From: an uncultured Planctomycetota bacterium
GTDB lineage: Bacteria; Planctomycetota; PLA2; JAEUHO01
Reading direction: 5' to 3'
DNA length: 64,000 bases
Assembly (NCBI GenBank): GCA_963752285.1
Contig: CAVVXN010000005.1
Span: 1,888,001-1,952,000 of the forward strand
In this document: piece after piece, positions 1 to 9,268 of the stretch
How positions within the stretch are numbered: position 1 is the stretch's first letter
Layout of the letters: each line of letters starts with the position of its first letter
Notes under the pieces: generated by a model
What the model was told of the DNA's origin: nothing
The model's database searches: none
Seen by the model: the letters and a program-made list of their open reading frames with translations, nothing else
Program-made: the position numbers and the translations under genes

Positions 1-710
1 GTGAAGTAGCCCTTGCTCCCCACCGAGTCCGTCAGCTCGAAGGTCAGGAGGAAGGGGGCGCCGCCGGGCTTCACCTCGACCGGCGCGCCGACGAGGTTCG
101 GCGACTCCGACGCGATCACGATGCCGAGGGGGAGGTTCCCGTCGTCCACGCCGGGGGCGTCGTAGAGCTTCATCGTGTAGGGGCCGAATCCGCCGGCGAC
201 CACGAACTGGAGAGAGGTCGTCTCGTTGTAGACCGTGGTCGGGAGCGCCGGGTAGTCGGGGTTGAACGACGTGCCGCCGGGCGGGACGAGCGCGGGGTTG
301 CCGTCACGCAGGACGTCCACGACGGCGACCTGGCCCACGCCGACGTTCCACGAGAAGCTCGCCTGCGTCGCCGAGAACGGGTTGCAGCCCGTGTCGTCGA
401 TCTGCAGGGTGAAGTCGTACTGGCCGTCGGCGAGGATGGTCCCGCGGATGCTGTGGGTCTCGTCGTCGAGATGGAGGCCCGGCGGCAGCTCGCCCTGGAT
501 GAGCTTCATCACGTAGGGACCGCCGCACCCGCCCGAGAGCTCCACCAGGTAGTTCACGACCTGGCCGGAGACGGCCGGGGGCAGCGAGGTGCTGTCCACG
601 AGAACGGGATTGCTCGGGGTGCGAAGTCCCTGCCCTCCCCCACCGCAGGCCGGCAGGGTGAGCGCGAGGGTTCCGGCGACCAGCAGCGCGACGAACCTGA
701 CTCTCGACAT
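1..710 (-). CDS. Lipoprotein with putative Ig (He_PIG-like) repeats, 3' end outside window
   Basis: Not in the ORF track. Read manually from ATG 710 (GGAGAG upstream): MSRVRFVALLVAGTLALTLPAC (lipobox) then LPPAVSG..SGGCGGPY..GELPPGLHLD..IRGT..YDFTLQIDD, with a second similar unit. Frame stays open to the window edge. Confidence 0.75.
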   Translation of the reverse strand, partial: MSRVRFVALLVAGTLALTLPACGGGGQGLRTPSNPVLVDSTSLPPAVSGQVVNYLVELSGGCGGPYVMKLIQGELPPGLHLDDETHSIRGTILADGQYDFTLQIDDTGCNPFSATQASFSWNVGVGQVAVVDVLRDGNPALVPPGGTSFNPDYPALPTTVYNETTSLQFVVAGGFGPYTMKLYDAPGVDDGNLPLGIVIASESPNLVGAPVEVKPGGAPFLLTFELTDSVGSKGYF

Positions 711-822
711 GGGCTCTCCGACTCCGAAAGCGACCCGGATGGGGGCGCCCGGGGACTGGGTTTCCTGCTCGCGAGCCGGGCGGGTCCGGTGGCCAGGCGC
801 TCCCGTCTCAGCCCGCGCACCT

Positions 823-838
823 TGCAACGTGCGGGCCA
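823..838 (-). promoter_or_regulatory. sigma54 (-24/-12) promoter candidate for the Ig lipoprotein gene
   Basis: Minus strand TGGCCCG-CACG-TTGCA versus consensus TGGCACG-N4-TTGCW, about 110 bp upstream of ATG 710. Confidence 0.65.
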
Positions 839-1300
839 CCTGAGGCGGTATCGCGGTATCCACCGTAGCTCCCTCACCTGCGAGCGCCCGAGGCGGCCGG
901 CGCTTGAACCCGCCATCTTGGCTGGTTTCATGGCCATGGCCTCTCAGGACCTGCTTCGATCGGGGCCCATCGTGCCAGACCTGAGAACGGTTCGCAACCA
1001 GGTTTCCAGGTGCGTGGACCCGCCAAACGGCGAGCGATCTCGCACTTCGGGTCGGGAATCGTGCGAGTGCGCACGGACTCGGCTCCCGGGGCGCCGGCCG
1101 GGCGAAGCGTCCGCGGGTGGTCCCCGGAGGGCCGATCGCGGCCCGCCCTCCCGCCCGTCGCGCGTCCCGCGGGTGACGGGGTCGGGGACGTGAGGCCGCG
1201 ACCCCCCGCGCCCGCCGCCGTGGCGGGTGGCGCATGCGGCTCGGCCCCGCGTCCGCGCGCGCGGCGACCCTGGGCGGCTCTGGCCCGACCGGGTCGTCGC

Positions 1301-2836
1301 TCAGAGCGACGCGAGGGAGCGCGCGGCGGTCTCCGCCCACGCGTAGAACGGGCCCATGAAGATCCCCATGCCCAGCATGGCGATGATCCCGATCGCGAGG
1401 ACGACGCGCGCCCAGGGGGCGACGGGGACGCCCACGTCCTCGAGCATCGGCTCCGGCGGCTTCACGAACAGCTCCCGGATCCAGAGCAGGTAGAAGTAGA
1501 ACGACACCGCGACCCCGAGCGCGCCCACCACGGCGAGCGCCACGAGGTGCTTCTCCATCACGCTGGAGAGGATCAGGAACTTCCCGAAGAACCCCGACAG
1601 GGGAGGGACGCCGGCGAGCGAGAGGAGCGCGATCGTCATCGCGACGGCGAGGAAGGGCGAGCGCTTCCAGAGACCCCGGTATGCCCACGCCTCGTGCCGC
1701 CCGCCCGAGGACGCCGAGACGAGCACGATCACGGTGAAGGCCGTGAGGTTCGTGAAGAAGAAGGCGAGCAGGTAGAAGAGGATCGCAGTCGCCCCGTCCG
1801 TACCCTCCGACTTGCCGGCGGCCGCCAGCGCCGCGACCCCCATGAGGAGGTAGCCGGCGTGCCCGATCGACGAGTACCCGAAGAGGCGCTTCGCCGATCG
1901 CTGCGGGATCGCCCCCAGGATCCCGAATAGGAGGGTCACGACGGAGACGACGCCGAGCAGCCAGATCCACAGCGGGCCGCTCGGTCCCCCCGCCGCGGGG
2001 AGGAAGACCGCCTGCGCGATACGAAGCAGGAGGAACATCCCGGCGGCCTTCGATCCCGTCGAGAGGAACGCGGTGACGGGGCTCGGCGCGCCCTGGTAGA
2101 CGTCCGGGATCCAGATTTGGAAGGGGACCGCGCCCACCTTGAAGAAGATGCCCACGACCACGAGGACCAGACCCATCCCGAGCAGTGTCGGCTGGGCGCT
2201 CGCGCGCACGGCGTCGGCGATGGCTCCGAACGAGACCTCGCCCACCGCCCCGTAGACGAGCGAGATGCCGAAGAGGAGCACGGCCGAGGAGACGGCGCCG
2301 ATGAGCAGGTACTTCAGGCCGGCTTCGGTGGACCTGGGATCGTTTCGCTTGAAGGCGACGAGCACGTACGAGTTGATCGTGACGAGCTCGAGGCAGATGA
2401 AGAGCGTCAGCAGGTCGGTCACGCCCGTGACGAGCATCACGCCGAGTACGGCGAACAGCAGCAGGGCGTAGAACTCGCCGTGGCCGCGGTCGAGGCGGCG
2501 CGAGTACGGGATCGAGAGGAGAACCACGAGGAGCGCGCCGACCGTGGCCAGGGCGCGGCCGAAGAGCGAGAAGGCGTCCGACCGCCACGCCGTGAGGATC
2601 TGGCCCGCATGGTCCGCCCCGGGCGCCGCCACGAGGCGCAGCGCCGTCCCCTCGGGCCGGACCGCCAGCAGCCACACGGCGGCGGCGCCCAGGCCCAGCG
2701 CCGCGAGGAGCCCGGTTGCCCGGCTCCGCCGGTCGGGCGGGAGGAGGATCTCCGCGAGGAGCACGCCCAGCGCGGTCCCGGCGACGATCGCCTCCGGCAG
2801 GAGGAGGGAGAGATTCAGCTCGAGCGACGTGCCCAC
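1301..2836 (-). CDS. nuoN: NADH-quinone oxidoreductase subunit N
   Basis: GTG start just after the nuoM stop; STEAGLKY, FKVGAVPFQIWIPDVYQGAP, KRLFGYSSIGHAGY, LAGVPPLSGFFGKF. Confidence 0.95.
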   Translation of the reverse strand: MGTSLELNLSLLLPEAIVAGTALGVLLAEILLPPDRRSRATGLLAALGLGAAAVWLLAVRPEGTALRLVAAPGADHAGQILTAWRSDAFSLFGRALATVGALLVVLLSIPYSRRLDRGHGEFYALLLFAVLGVMLVTGVTDLLTLFICLELVTINSYVLVAFKRNDPRSTEAGLKYLLIGAVSSAVLLFGISLVYGAVGEVSFGAIADAVRASAQPTLLGMGLVLVVVGIFFKVGAVPFQIWIPDVYQGAPSPVTAFLSTGSKAAGMFLLLRIAQAVFLPAAGGPSGPLWIWLLGVVSVVTLLFGILGAIPQRSAKRLFGYSSIGHAGYLLMGVAALAAAGKSEGTDGATAILFYLLAFFFTNLTAFTVIVLVSASSGGRHEAWAYRGLWKRSPFLAVAMTIALLSLAGVPPLSGFFGKFLILSSVMEKHLVALAVVGALGVAVSFYFYLLWIRELFVKPPEPMLEDVGVPVAPWARVVLAIGIIAMLGMGIFMGPFYAWAETAARSLASL

Positions 2837-2838
2837 GG

Positions 2839-4428
2839 CTACCTCCCCTCGCCGGCCCGCGGGGCCGGAGCTTCCGGCGCCGCCCGCGGTCGCGCCGCGC
2901 GTTCCCGAGCCCCGTCGAGGCGCTCGACGAGCGGTTCCACGCCCTGGTGGACCACGTCGAGCATCGGCTGCGGCCAGAACCCGAAGAGCAGGAGCACGAC
3001 GATCAGCACCGCGTAGGGCGCGCGCTGGATGCCGCCCCGGGCGTCCTTCAGGCCCTTCCAGCGCTCGGGCATGTCGCCGTACCAGACGTTCTTCACGGCC
3101 CGGAGCAGGTAGACGCCGGTGATGACCAGGCCCCAGACCGCCAGGACGGCGGGCACCCAGGCCCAGGACATGCCGCCCCACGCCGCGGACCAGGCACCGA
3201 AGATCACCAGCGACTCGCTGATGAAGTTCGCGAAGCCGGGCAGTCCGACGGACGCCATCGCGGCGATCACGAAGCACGTCCCCGCGAACGGCATCACGCG
3301 CATCAGCCCGCCGAGGTCGTCCACCCAGCGCGTGTGCGTCTGGTCGTAGAACCACCCGATCAGCGCGAAGGTGAGGGCCGTCATGAGGCCGTGCGCGAAC
3401 ATGAGGAACACGGCGCCTTCCCACCCCATCACCGTCATCGACGCCACGCCGAGGAGCACGTAGCCCATGTGGCTCGAGGACGAGTAGCCCACCATGAGCT
3501 TCAGGTCCTTCTGCCAGACGGCCACGAGCCCGCCGTAGATGATGTTGAAGCAGCAGAGCACCCCCACGTAGGGGAGGTAGTGGACCGCGGCGTCGGGGAA
3601 GAACGAGCACGCGATGCGGAGGATCGAGTACGCCCCGAGCTTCATCAGGACGCCGGCGTGCAGCATCGACACGGCGGCCGGGGCCGCCGCGTGGCCCGCG
3701 GGGCTCCACGAGTGGAACGGCCACATCGGCACGAGGGTCGCGAACCCGATGAAGACCACGGGGAACCACAGGTACTGGAAGGCCGACGAGAACGCCCCGG
3801 CCCGCGAGAGCCGCTCGAGCTCCACGATGTCGAACGAGTGCGTATGCACGTACACGGCGATCAGGCCCACCAGCGAGATCACGGCGCCCGTGCTGAGCAG
3901 GAGCACCAGCTTCATCGTCGCGTAGTGGCGGTCCACGGTCGCCGTGGTGCTGCCCCAGATCCCGATGAGGAGGAACATCGGCACCACGGCCATCTCGTAG
4001 AAGAAGTAGTAGAAGAACAGGTCGAGCGCGGAGAACACGCCGAACACGCCCGTGACGAGCGCGAGGAGGTTGATGTAGTACTCCTTCACGCGCTCCTCGA
4101 TCGTGAAGGAGACCATGACACCCGTGAAGATCGTGATGGCCGTGAGCAGGAGCAGAGCGACGTTCATGCCGTCCGCGCCCAGCTTGAACTGCAGGCCGAT
4201 CGACGGGACCCAGGGGAGGGCCACCACGAACTTGTAGCCGTGGTCCCCCACCGTCTCCGACGTGGGCGTCGAGGGGAACGCGAGGAAGAGCCAGATCGCG
4301 GCGGCCAACGACACGGAGGTCCCGAGCCAGGCGACGAGGCGAACGAGGCGCTTGTTCCGCCCCGGGACGAGGAAGAGCACCCCGGCCGTGACAGCGGGCG
4401 CCAGGAGGATGACCACGAGGGGGTTCAC
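2839..4428 (-). CDS. nuoM: NADH-quinone oxidoreductase subunit M
   Basis: DLFFYYFFYE, WPFHSWSPAGHAAAP, LMKLGAY, QKDLK..GYSSSSHMGY, GLPGFANFISE. Confidence 0.95.
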   Translation of the reverse strand: MNPLVVILLAPAVTAGVLFLVPGRNKRLVRLVAWLGTSVSLAAAIWLFLAFPSTPTSETVGDHGYKFVVALPWVPSIGLQFKLGADGMNVALLLLTAITIFTGVMVSFTIEERVKEYYINLLALVTGVFGVFSALDLFFYYFFYEMAVVPMFLLIGIWGSTTATVDRHYATMKLVLLLSTGAVISLVGLIAVYVHTHSFDIVELERLSRAGAFSSAFQYLWFPVVFIGFATLVPMWPFHSWSPAGHAAAPAAVSMLHAGVLMKLGAYSILRIACSFFPDAAVHYLPYVGVLCCFNIIYGGLVAVWQKDLKLMVGYSSSSHMGYVLLGVASMTVMGWEGAVFLMFAHGLMTALTFALIGWFYDQTHTRWVDDLGGLMRVMPFAGTCFVIAAMASVGLPGFANFISESLVIFGAWSAAWGGMSWAWVPAVLAVWGLVITGVYLLRAVKNVWYGDMPERWKGLKDARGGIQRAPYAVLIVVLLLFGFWPQPMLDVVHQGVEPLVERLDGARERAARPRAAPEAPAPRAGEGR

Positions 4429-4441
4429 GAGTCCGTCCTCC

Positions 4442-6436
4442 TCACATCGAGCACGACGCGAGCAGCGCCACGAGGGAGGCGAGCACCACGCCGAAAGAGA
4501 ACACGGTCACGTACCCGGACAGGCGTCCGTTCTCGATCCGACGCGTGCGATCGCCCGCGACCTTCACGAGGTACGAGGTGCCGTTCACGAAGAACCCGAT
4601 GATGATCCACCGCTCGAAGAGCCAGCAGAGGTGGGCGATACCCTGCTGGACGCGGCGCACCAGCCAGAGATAGAAGTCGTCCACGAAGTAGAGACGGCTC
4701 CACAGCGTCCAGACGGGCCCGAGCCGCCGGGGCAGGGGGTCCGTGCCCGGCGCCGCTCGTCGGTACACCGCGAACGAGAGGACGAAACCGGCCACTGCGA
4801 CCACGGTCGAGAGCAGCGCGACGGGGACGTGCATCGCCGCGGCCTCGCCGGTGTGCCAGGCTTCGAGGAAGTGCTCGAACCGGTTCGAGAGTCCGGGGAG
4901 GAACTTGTCGGGGACGCCGACGAACCCGATGAACACGCTGAAGAACGCGAGCGCCCAGAGCGGCCAGGTCATGACCCTCGGGCTCTCGTGCGGCTTGGCG
5001 TGTCCCCGGTACTCGCCGAAGAACGTCAGGATCCACGCGCGGCCCATGTAGAAGGACGTGATCCCCGCGGTGATGAGGCCGACGAGGAAGAGGAACTGGT
5101 GGCCGCCCACGCGGTCGGCGTGCAGCATCGACCCGAGGATCTCGTCCTTCGACCAGAAGCCCGCCATCGGGACGATGCCGCAGAGGGCCAGGGTGCCGAT
5201 CACGAAGGTCCGGTACGTCGAGGGCATCAGCTTGCGCAGGCCCCCCATCTTGAAGATGTCCTGCTCGTGGTGGCAGCCGTGGATCACGCTGCCGGCGTCG
5301 AGGAAGAGCAGAGCCTTGAAGAAGGCGTGGGTCGTCAGGTGGAACATCGCGGCCGTGTACGCGCCCGCGCCCAGCGCCATCGTCATGTACCCGAGCTGCG
5401 AGAGGGTCGAGTAGGCGAGGATCTTCTTGATGTCGCGCTGGGTGATGGCGATCGTGCCGGCGAGGAAGGCGGTGATCGTCCCGATCCACGCGACGGCCGT
5501 CGGCGCCCAGGCGGTGTTCTCGAAGAGGAAGAACGACCGCGTGACCATGTAGATGCCCGCCGCGACCATCGTGGCGGCGTGCATCAGCGCGGAGACCGGC
5601 GTGGGGCCCTCCATCGCGTCGGGCAGCCACACGTGCAGGGGGAACTGGGCGCTCTTTCCCATCGCGCCGGCGAAGATCAGGATCCCGGCCACGGCGGCCA
5701 CGGCGGCGCTGCCGAACAGGAGGTCGGGGCGGAGCATCCCGTCCACCGTCATGCCCGCGCGGAGCGCCTCGAAGTCGATCGTGTACACGCCGAGGAAGTG
5801 GCCCGCGGCGGCCCACACGGCCAGGATGCCGAGGAGGAAGCCGAAGTCGCCCACGCGGTTCGTCATGAAGGCCTTCTTGGCGGCCTCGCCCGCGGAGTGC
5901 TTCTTCCAGTAGTACCCGATCAGGAAGTAGGAGGACGCGCCGACGAGCTCCCAGAACACGAAGACCTGGAAGAAGTTCGGCGCCAGGACGATCCCCAGCA
6001 TCGAGAACACGAAGAGGGAGAACTTGCCGTAGAAGCGCCCCATCGAGGCGTCGCCGTGCATGTACCCCATCGCGTACACGAAGATCGCGAGGCCGACGCC
6101 CGTAACGACCAACGTCATGGTCAGCGCGAGCTCGTCGAGCCGCACGCCGAAGCTCACGTCCAGGTTGCCGGAGTGGATCCACGGGACGATCGCCTCGTGC
6201 GTCGTCATCCCGTGCTGGAGCGCGGGCAGGAAGTACACGAAGAAGGTGAGGGCGAAGCAGACGGCGACGCCGGCGACGGAGAGCCAGCCCGCGAGGGGAC
6301 CGCGGCGGCGGAGGACGGGGAGGACGAGCACGGCGGCCGCGATCGCGAGGGGCAGGAACAGGATGACCCACAGCAGCCAGTCCCCGGTCACGACGGGGAC
6401 GGTCTCGGAGGCCAGGAGCGGCAGGAAGCTCGTCAT
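4442..6436 (-). CDS. nuoL: NADH-quinone oxidoreductase subunit L
   Basis: WELVG, KAFMTNRVGD, GKSAQFPLHVWLPDAMEGPTPVSALMHAATMV, THAFFKALLFL. Confidence 0.97.
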   Translation of the reverse strand: MTSFLPLLASETVPVVTGDWLLWVILFLPLAIAAAVLVLPVLRRRGPLAGWLSVAGVAVCFALTFFVYFLPALQHGMTTHEAIVPWIHSGNLDVSFGVRLDELALTMTLVVTGVGLAIFVYAMGYMHGDASMGRFYGKFSLFVFSMLGIVLAPNFFQVFVFWELVGASSYFLIGYYWKKHSAGEAAKKAFMTNRVGDFGFLLGILAVWAAAGHFLGVYTIDFEALRAGMTVDGMLRPDLLFGSAAVAAVAGILIFAGAMGKSAQFPLHVWLPDAMEGPTPVSALMHAATMVAAGIYMVTRSFFLFENTAWAPTAVAWIGTITAFLAGTIAITQRDIKKILAYSTLSQLGYMTMALGAGAYTAAMFHLTTHAFFKALLFLDAGSVIHGCHHEQDIFKMGGLRKLMPSTYRTFVIGTLALCGIVPMAGFWSKDEILGSMLHADRVGGHQFLFLVGLITAGITSFYMGRAWILTFFGEYRGHAKPHESPRVMTWPLWALAFFSVFIGFVGVPDKFLPGLSNRFEHFLEAWHTGEAAAMHVPVALLSTVVAVAGFVLSFAVYRRAAPGTDPLPRRLGPVWTLWSRLYFVDDFYLWLVRRVQQGIAHLCWLFERWIIIGFFVNGTSYLVKVAGDRTRRIENGRLSGYVTVFSFGVVLASLVALLASCSM

Positions 6437-6957
6437 CGGACGACCTCCCCGCCGGTTCTGGCCGTCATCGGCTCGTCGCCGGTCTCGGCCGGCTCGCCCG
6501 TGGCGTGGGGCTCCTCCGCGTGATGGGGGTGCTCGGGCACGCCCTCGAGCTGCGGGTACACGACGGGTCCGTAGTCGACCTCGCCGAGCTCCGTCACCTC
6601 GCTGACGTCGGTCGTACGGCGCAGGCGGTAGACGGCGATCACGATCGCGAGCCCGACCGCCACCTCGGCGGCGGCCACCGTCATGCCGAAGAAGACGAAC
6701 ACCTGGCCGGTGGGGTTCCCCCAGACCTTCGAGAACGTCACGAACATGAGGTTCGCGGCGTTCAGCATGATCTCGACCGAGAGCAGCATGATGAGGACGT
6801 TCTTGCGGCAGGTCACGCCGGCGAGACCGATCGCGAACAGCGCCGCCGCGAGCAGGGTGGCGTGGTCGAGGGGCACGGCGGTCGCGAGGGTCGCGAGCCC
6901 GGGCACCGAGGGCACGAGCCCGCCGAGGGCCGGCAGCGCACAGAGGGCGGACGTCAC
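6433..6957 (-). CDS. nuoK: NADH-quinone oxidoreductase subunit K with terminal extensions
   Basis: LLSVEIMLNAANL, GQVFVFF..VAAAEVAVGLAI; GTGA overlap with nuoJ; exact start uncertain. Confidence 0.92.
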   Translation of the reverse strand: MTSALCALPALGGLVPSVPGLATLATAVPLDHATLLAAALFAIGLAGVTCRKNVLIMLLSVEIMLNAANLMFVTFSKVWGNPTGQVFVFFGMTVAAAEVAVGLAIVIAVYRLRRTTDVSEVTELGEVDYGPVVYPQLEGVPEHPHHAEEPHATGEPAETGDEPMTARTGGEVVR

Positions 6958-7454
6958 GTGAGCCTCCGCTTCGTCAGGATCACCGCGCCGAGGATGGCGC
7001 CGAGCAGGAGGAAGCTCGTCACCTCGAACGCGAGCAGCCAGCGGTTGAAGAGCTCGAAGCCGATGGCGGACGCGGACCCGTCGGGTCCGCCGGCGACCGC
7101 CGGCTGGATCATCGCGCGAGAGCGCCAGAGCACGATGACCGCAACCGTGAGGAACCCGCCGGCGGCGACGACCCCCAGCCGGCGGAAGTCGGGCGAGGAG
7201 AGGATCGCCAGCTCCTCGTTCCTCAGGTCCAGCAGCATGATCACGAAGAGGAAGAGCACCATGATGGCGCCGGCGTAGACCAGCACCTGGACCACGGCTA
7301 CGAACCACGCCTCGAGCAGCACGAAGGTGCCGGCGAGCCCGAAGAACATCAGCACGAGCCAGAGGGCCGCGGCCACCGCGTTCTTGCGGGTCACCGCGAG
7401 CGTCGCCGAGACGAGCGCCGTCGCGCCGAAGAAGTAGAAGAGAACCTCGCTCAT
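6954..7454 (-). CDS. nuoJ: NADH-quinone oxidoreductase subunit J
   Basis: VQVLVYAGAIMVLFLFVIMLL, AFEVTSFLLL. Confidence 0.95.
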   Translation of the reverse strand: MSEVLFYFFGATALVSATLAVTRKNAVAAALWLVLMFFGLAGTFVLLEAWFVAVVQVLVYAGAIMVLFLFVIMLLDLRNEELAILSSPDFRRLGVVAAGGFLTVAVIVLWRSRAMIQPAVAGGPDGSASAIGFELFNRWLLAFEVTSFLLLGAILGAVILTKRRLT

Positions 7455-7547
7455 CGGTCGTTCACCGGCGGGACCTCGCGCCCCGCCCGTGCCTCCCTGG
7501 CCGGCCCGCCACGGGCCGGCGGCCGTTTGCTCGTACCCGGACGCGCC

Positions 7548-8054
7548 CTACTTGTGCGCCCACTTCTTGATGGGGTCGGGACGGACGCCGCCCATCTCGT
7601 AGAGCTTCTCCTTGTGGTGGATCAACGACTGCCGTGTCGGGCCCCAGAGTGCGTACTCCTTCGACATGAAGATCGCTTCCTCGGGGCACGCCTCCTCGCA
7701 GAGACCACAGAAGATGCAGCGGAGCATGTTGATGTCGAAGACCTCGGGGCCGCGCTCGACGGGGTTCCCGGGCTCCAGCTCGCCGGGCCGGATGTAGATC
7801 GCCTTGGGCGGGCACACGTACTCGCACAGCGAGCACGCCACGCACTTCGGACGGCCCTCGTCGTCCTGGACGAGCACCGGCGCGCCGCGGTAGCCCTCGC
7901 GGACCGACCACTTCTGCTCGGGGTACTCCATCGTCACCTTCCGCTGGAAGAGGGTGCGGAACGTGATGCTGAGCCCCTTCAGGATGCCGGGCAGGTAGAG
8001 CCGCTCGGCGAAGGTCGGAGGATGGCGGTCTACCGGCTTCGTGCGAACGGTCAT
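7548..8054 (-). CDS. nuoI: NADH-quinone oxidoreductase subunit I
   Basis: Two 4Fe-4S motifs CVACSLCEYVCP and CIFCGLCEEACP. Confidence 0.96.
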   Translation of the reverse strand: MTVRTKPVDRHPPTFAERLYLPGILKGLSITFRTLFQRKVTMEYPEQKWSVREGYRGAPVLVQDDEGRPKCVACSLCEYVCPPKAIYIRPGELEPGNPVERGPEVFDINMLRCIFCGLCEEACPEEAIFMSKEYALWGPTRQSLIHHKEKLYEMGGVRPDPIKKWAHK

Positions 8055-9268
8055 GTCGGGAGCTCCTCACCGGCCGGCGCGGCGTTCTCGGCGAGCCGCG
8101 GCACCGCCGCGCGGGGCGGCACCAGCCACGCGACCAGCAGCCCGGCCGCGATCAGGACGACCGGCAGCACCCAGGCCACCCAGGCGGCGTCGAGGGCGAG
8201 CGCCGCGGCCGTCAACACGATGTTCAGGAGGGCGAGCGGCAGGAACCAGCCCCAGCCGAGCCGCATGAGCTGGTCGTAGCGAAACCGGGGCAGGGTCCAC
8301 CGCACCCAGATGAAGAGGAAGAGGAACGCGGCCATCTTCGCGACGAAGATCGCGAGACCGACGAGCCATCCGGCGCGCTCGAGCCCGAAGAGCGTCCAGC
8401 CGCCGGCGAACAGGGTGACCGCGAGGGCGGCGGCCACGACCATGTTCACGTACTCGGCCAGGAAGAACGCCGCGAACTTCATCGCCGAGTACTCCGTGTG
8501 GTACCCGGCGACGATCTCGTGCTCGGCCTCGGGGAGGTCGAAGGGCAGTCGGTTCGTCTCGGCGTAGGACGACACGAGGAAGATGAAGAAGGCCACGGGC
8601 TGCTGGAACATCAGCCACGTGGTGCCGCCCTGGTATCCGACGATGTCGCCGAGTCGCAGCGACGACACGACCAGCACGATCGAGACGACGGCCAGGCCCA
8701 TGCTGAGCTCGTACGAGACCATCTGGGCGCTCGAACGGACGCCGCCCAGCAGCGAGTACTTGCCGTTGCTCGCCCAGCCGCCGAGCGTGATCCCGTAGAC
8801 CCCGAGGCTCGCGATGGCCAGGATGTAGAGGACGCCGATGTCGAGGTCGGCGAGCTGGAACGAGTGCCAAGCGCCCTCGCCGACCGAGCCCGTGTAGGGC
8901 ACGACCGCGAACGTGACCAGCGCGGGGATCAGGCTGATCCCGGGCGCGATCAGGTACATGAAGCGGTTCACGTGCGCCGGGACGAAGTCCTCCTTGAAGA
9001 TGAACTTGCCCAGGTCGGCGATGGGCTGGAGGAGGCCCTCGGGTCCCACGCGGTTCGGTCCCATCCGGCCCTGGATCCACGCGGCGATCCGCCGCTCGGC
9101 CCACACGAGGAGGGCCGCGACGAGAAGGAGGACGTTCAGGACGACGAACGCCAGGACGAGACGCCCGACGACCCAGCCGAGCGTGCTGCCGCCGGCCTCC
9201 GGCGGCGCGAAGACGTCGAAGATCCCGGCGACGGTCGGCGCGAGCGCCCGGTCCACGAACGCACTCAT
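8051..9268 (-). CDS. nuoH: NADH-quinone oxidoreductase subunit H
   Basis: ERRIAAWIQGRMGPNRVGPEGLLQPIAD, AETNRLPFDLPEAE, LPRFRYDQLM; ATG at 9268. Confidence 0.96.
   Translation of the reverse strand: MSAFVDRALAPTVAGIFDVFAPPEAGGSTLGWVVGRLVLAFVVLNVLLLVAALLVWAERRIAAWIQGRMGPNRVGPEGLLQPIADLGKFIFKEDFVPAHVNRFMYLIAPGISLIPALVTFAVVPYTGSVGEGAWHSFQLADLDIGVLYILAIASLGVYGITLGGWASNGKYSLLGGVRSSAQMVSYELSMGLAVVSIVLVVSSLRLGDIVGYQGGTTWLMFQQPVAFFIFLVSSYAETNRLPFDLPEAEHEIVAGYHTEYSAMKFAAFFLAEYVNMVVAAALAVTLFAGGWTLFGLERAGWLVGLAIFVAKMAAFLFLFIWVRWTLPRFRYDQLMRLGWGWFLPLALLNIVLTAAALALDAAWVAWVLPVVLIAAGLLVAWLVPPRAAVPRLAENAAPAGEELPT

Noticed and set aside
554..937. 127-aa minus-strand ORF upstream of the Ig lipoprotein
   Set aside because: Poor codon bias; overlaps the real gene in another frame and the sigma54 promoter candidate
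7455..7547. c-di-GMP-I riboswitch (GCAAAC on the minus strand)
   Set aside because: Lacks the GNRA loop and GACGCAAAG receptor segment
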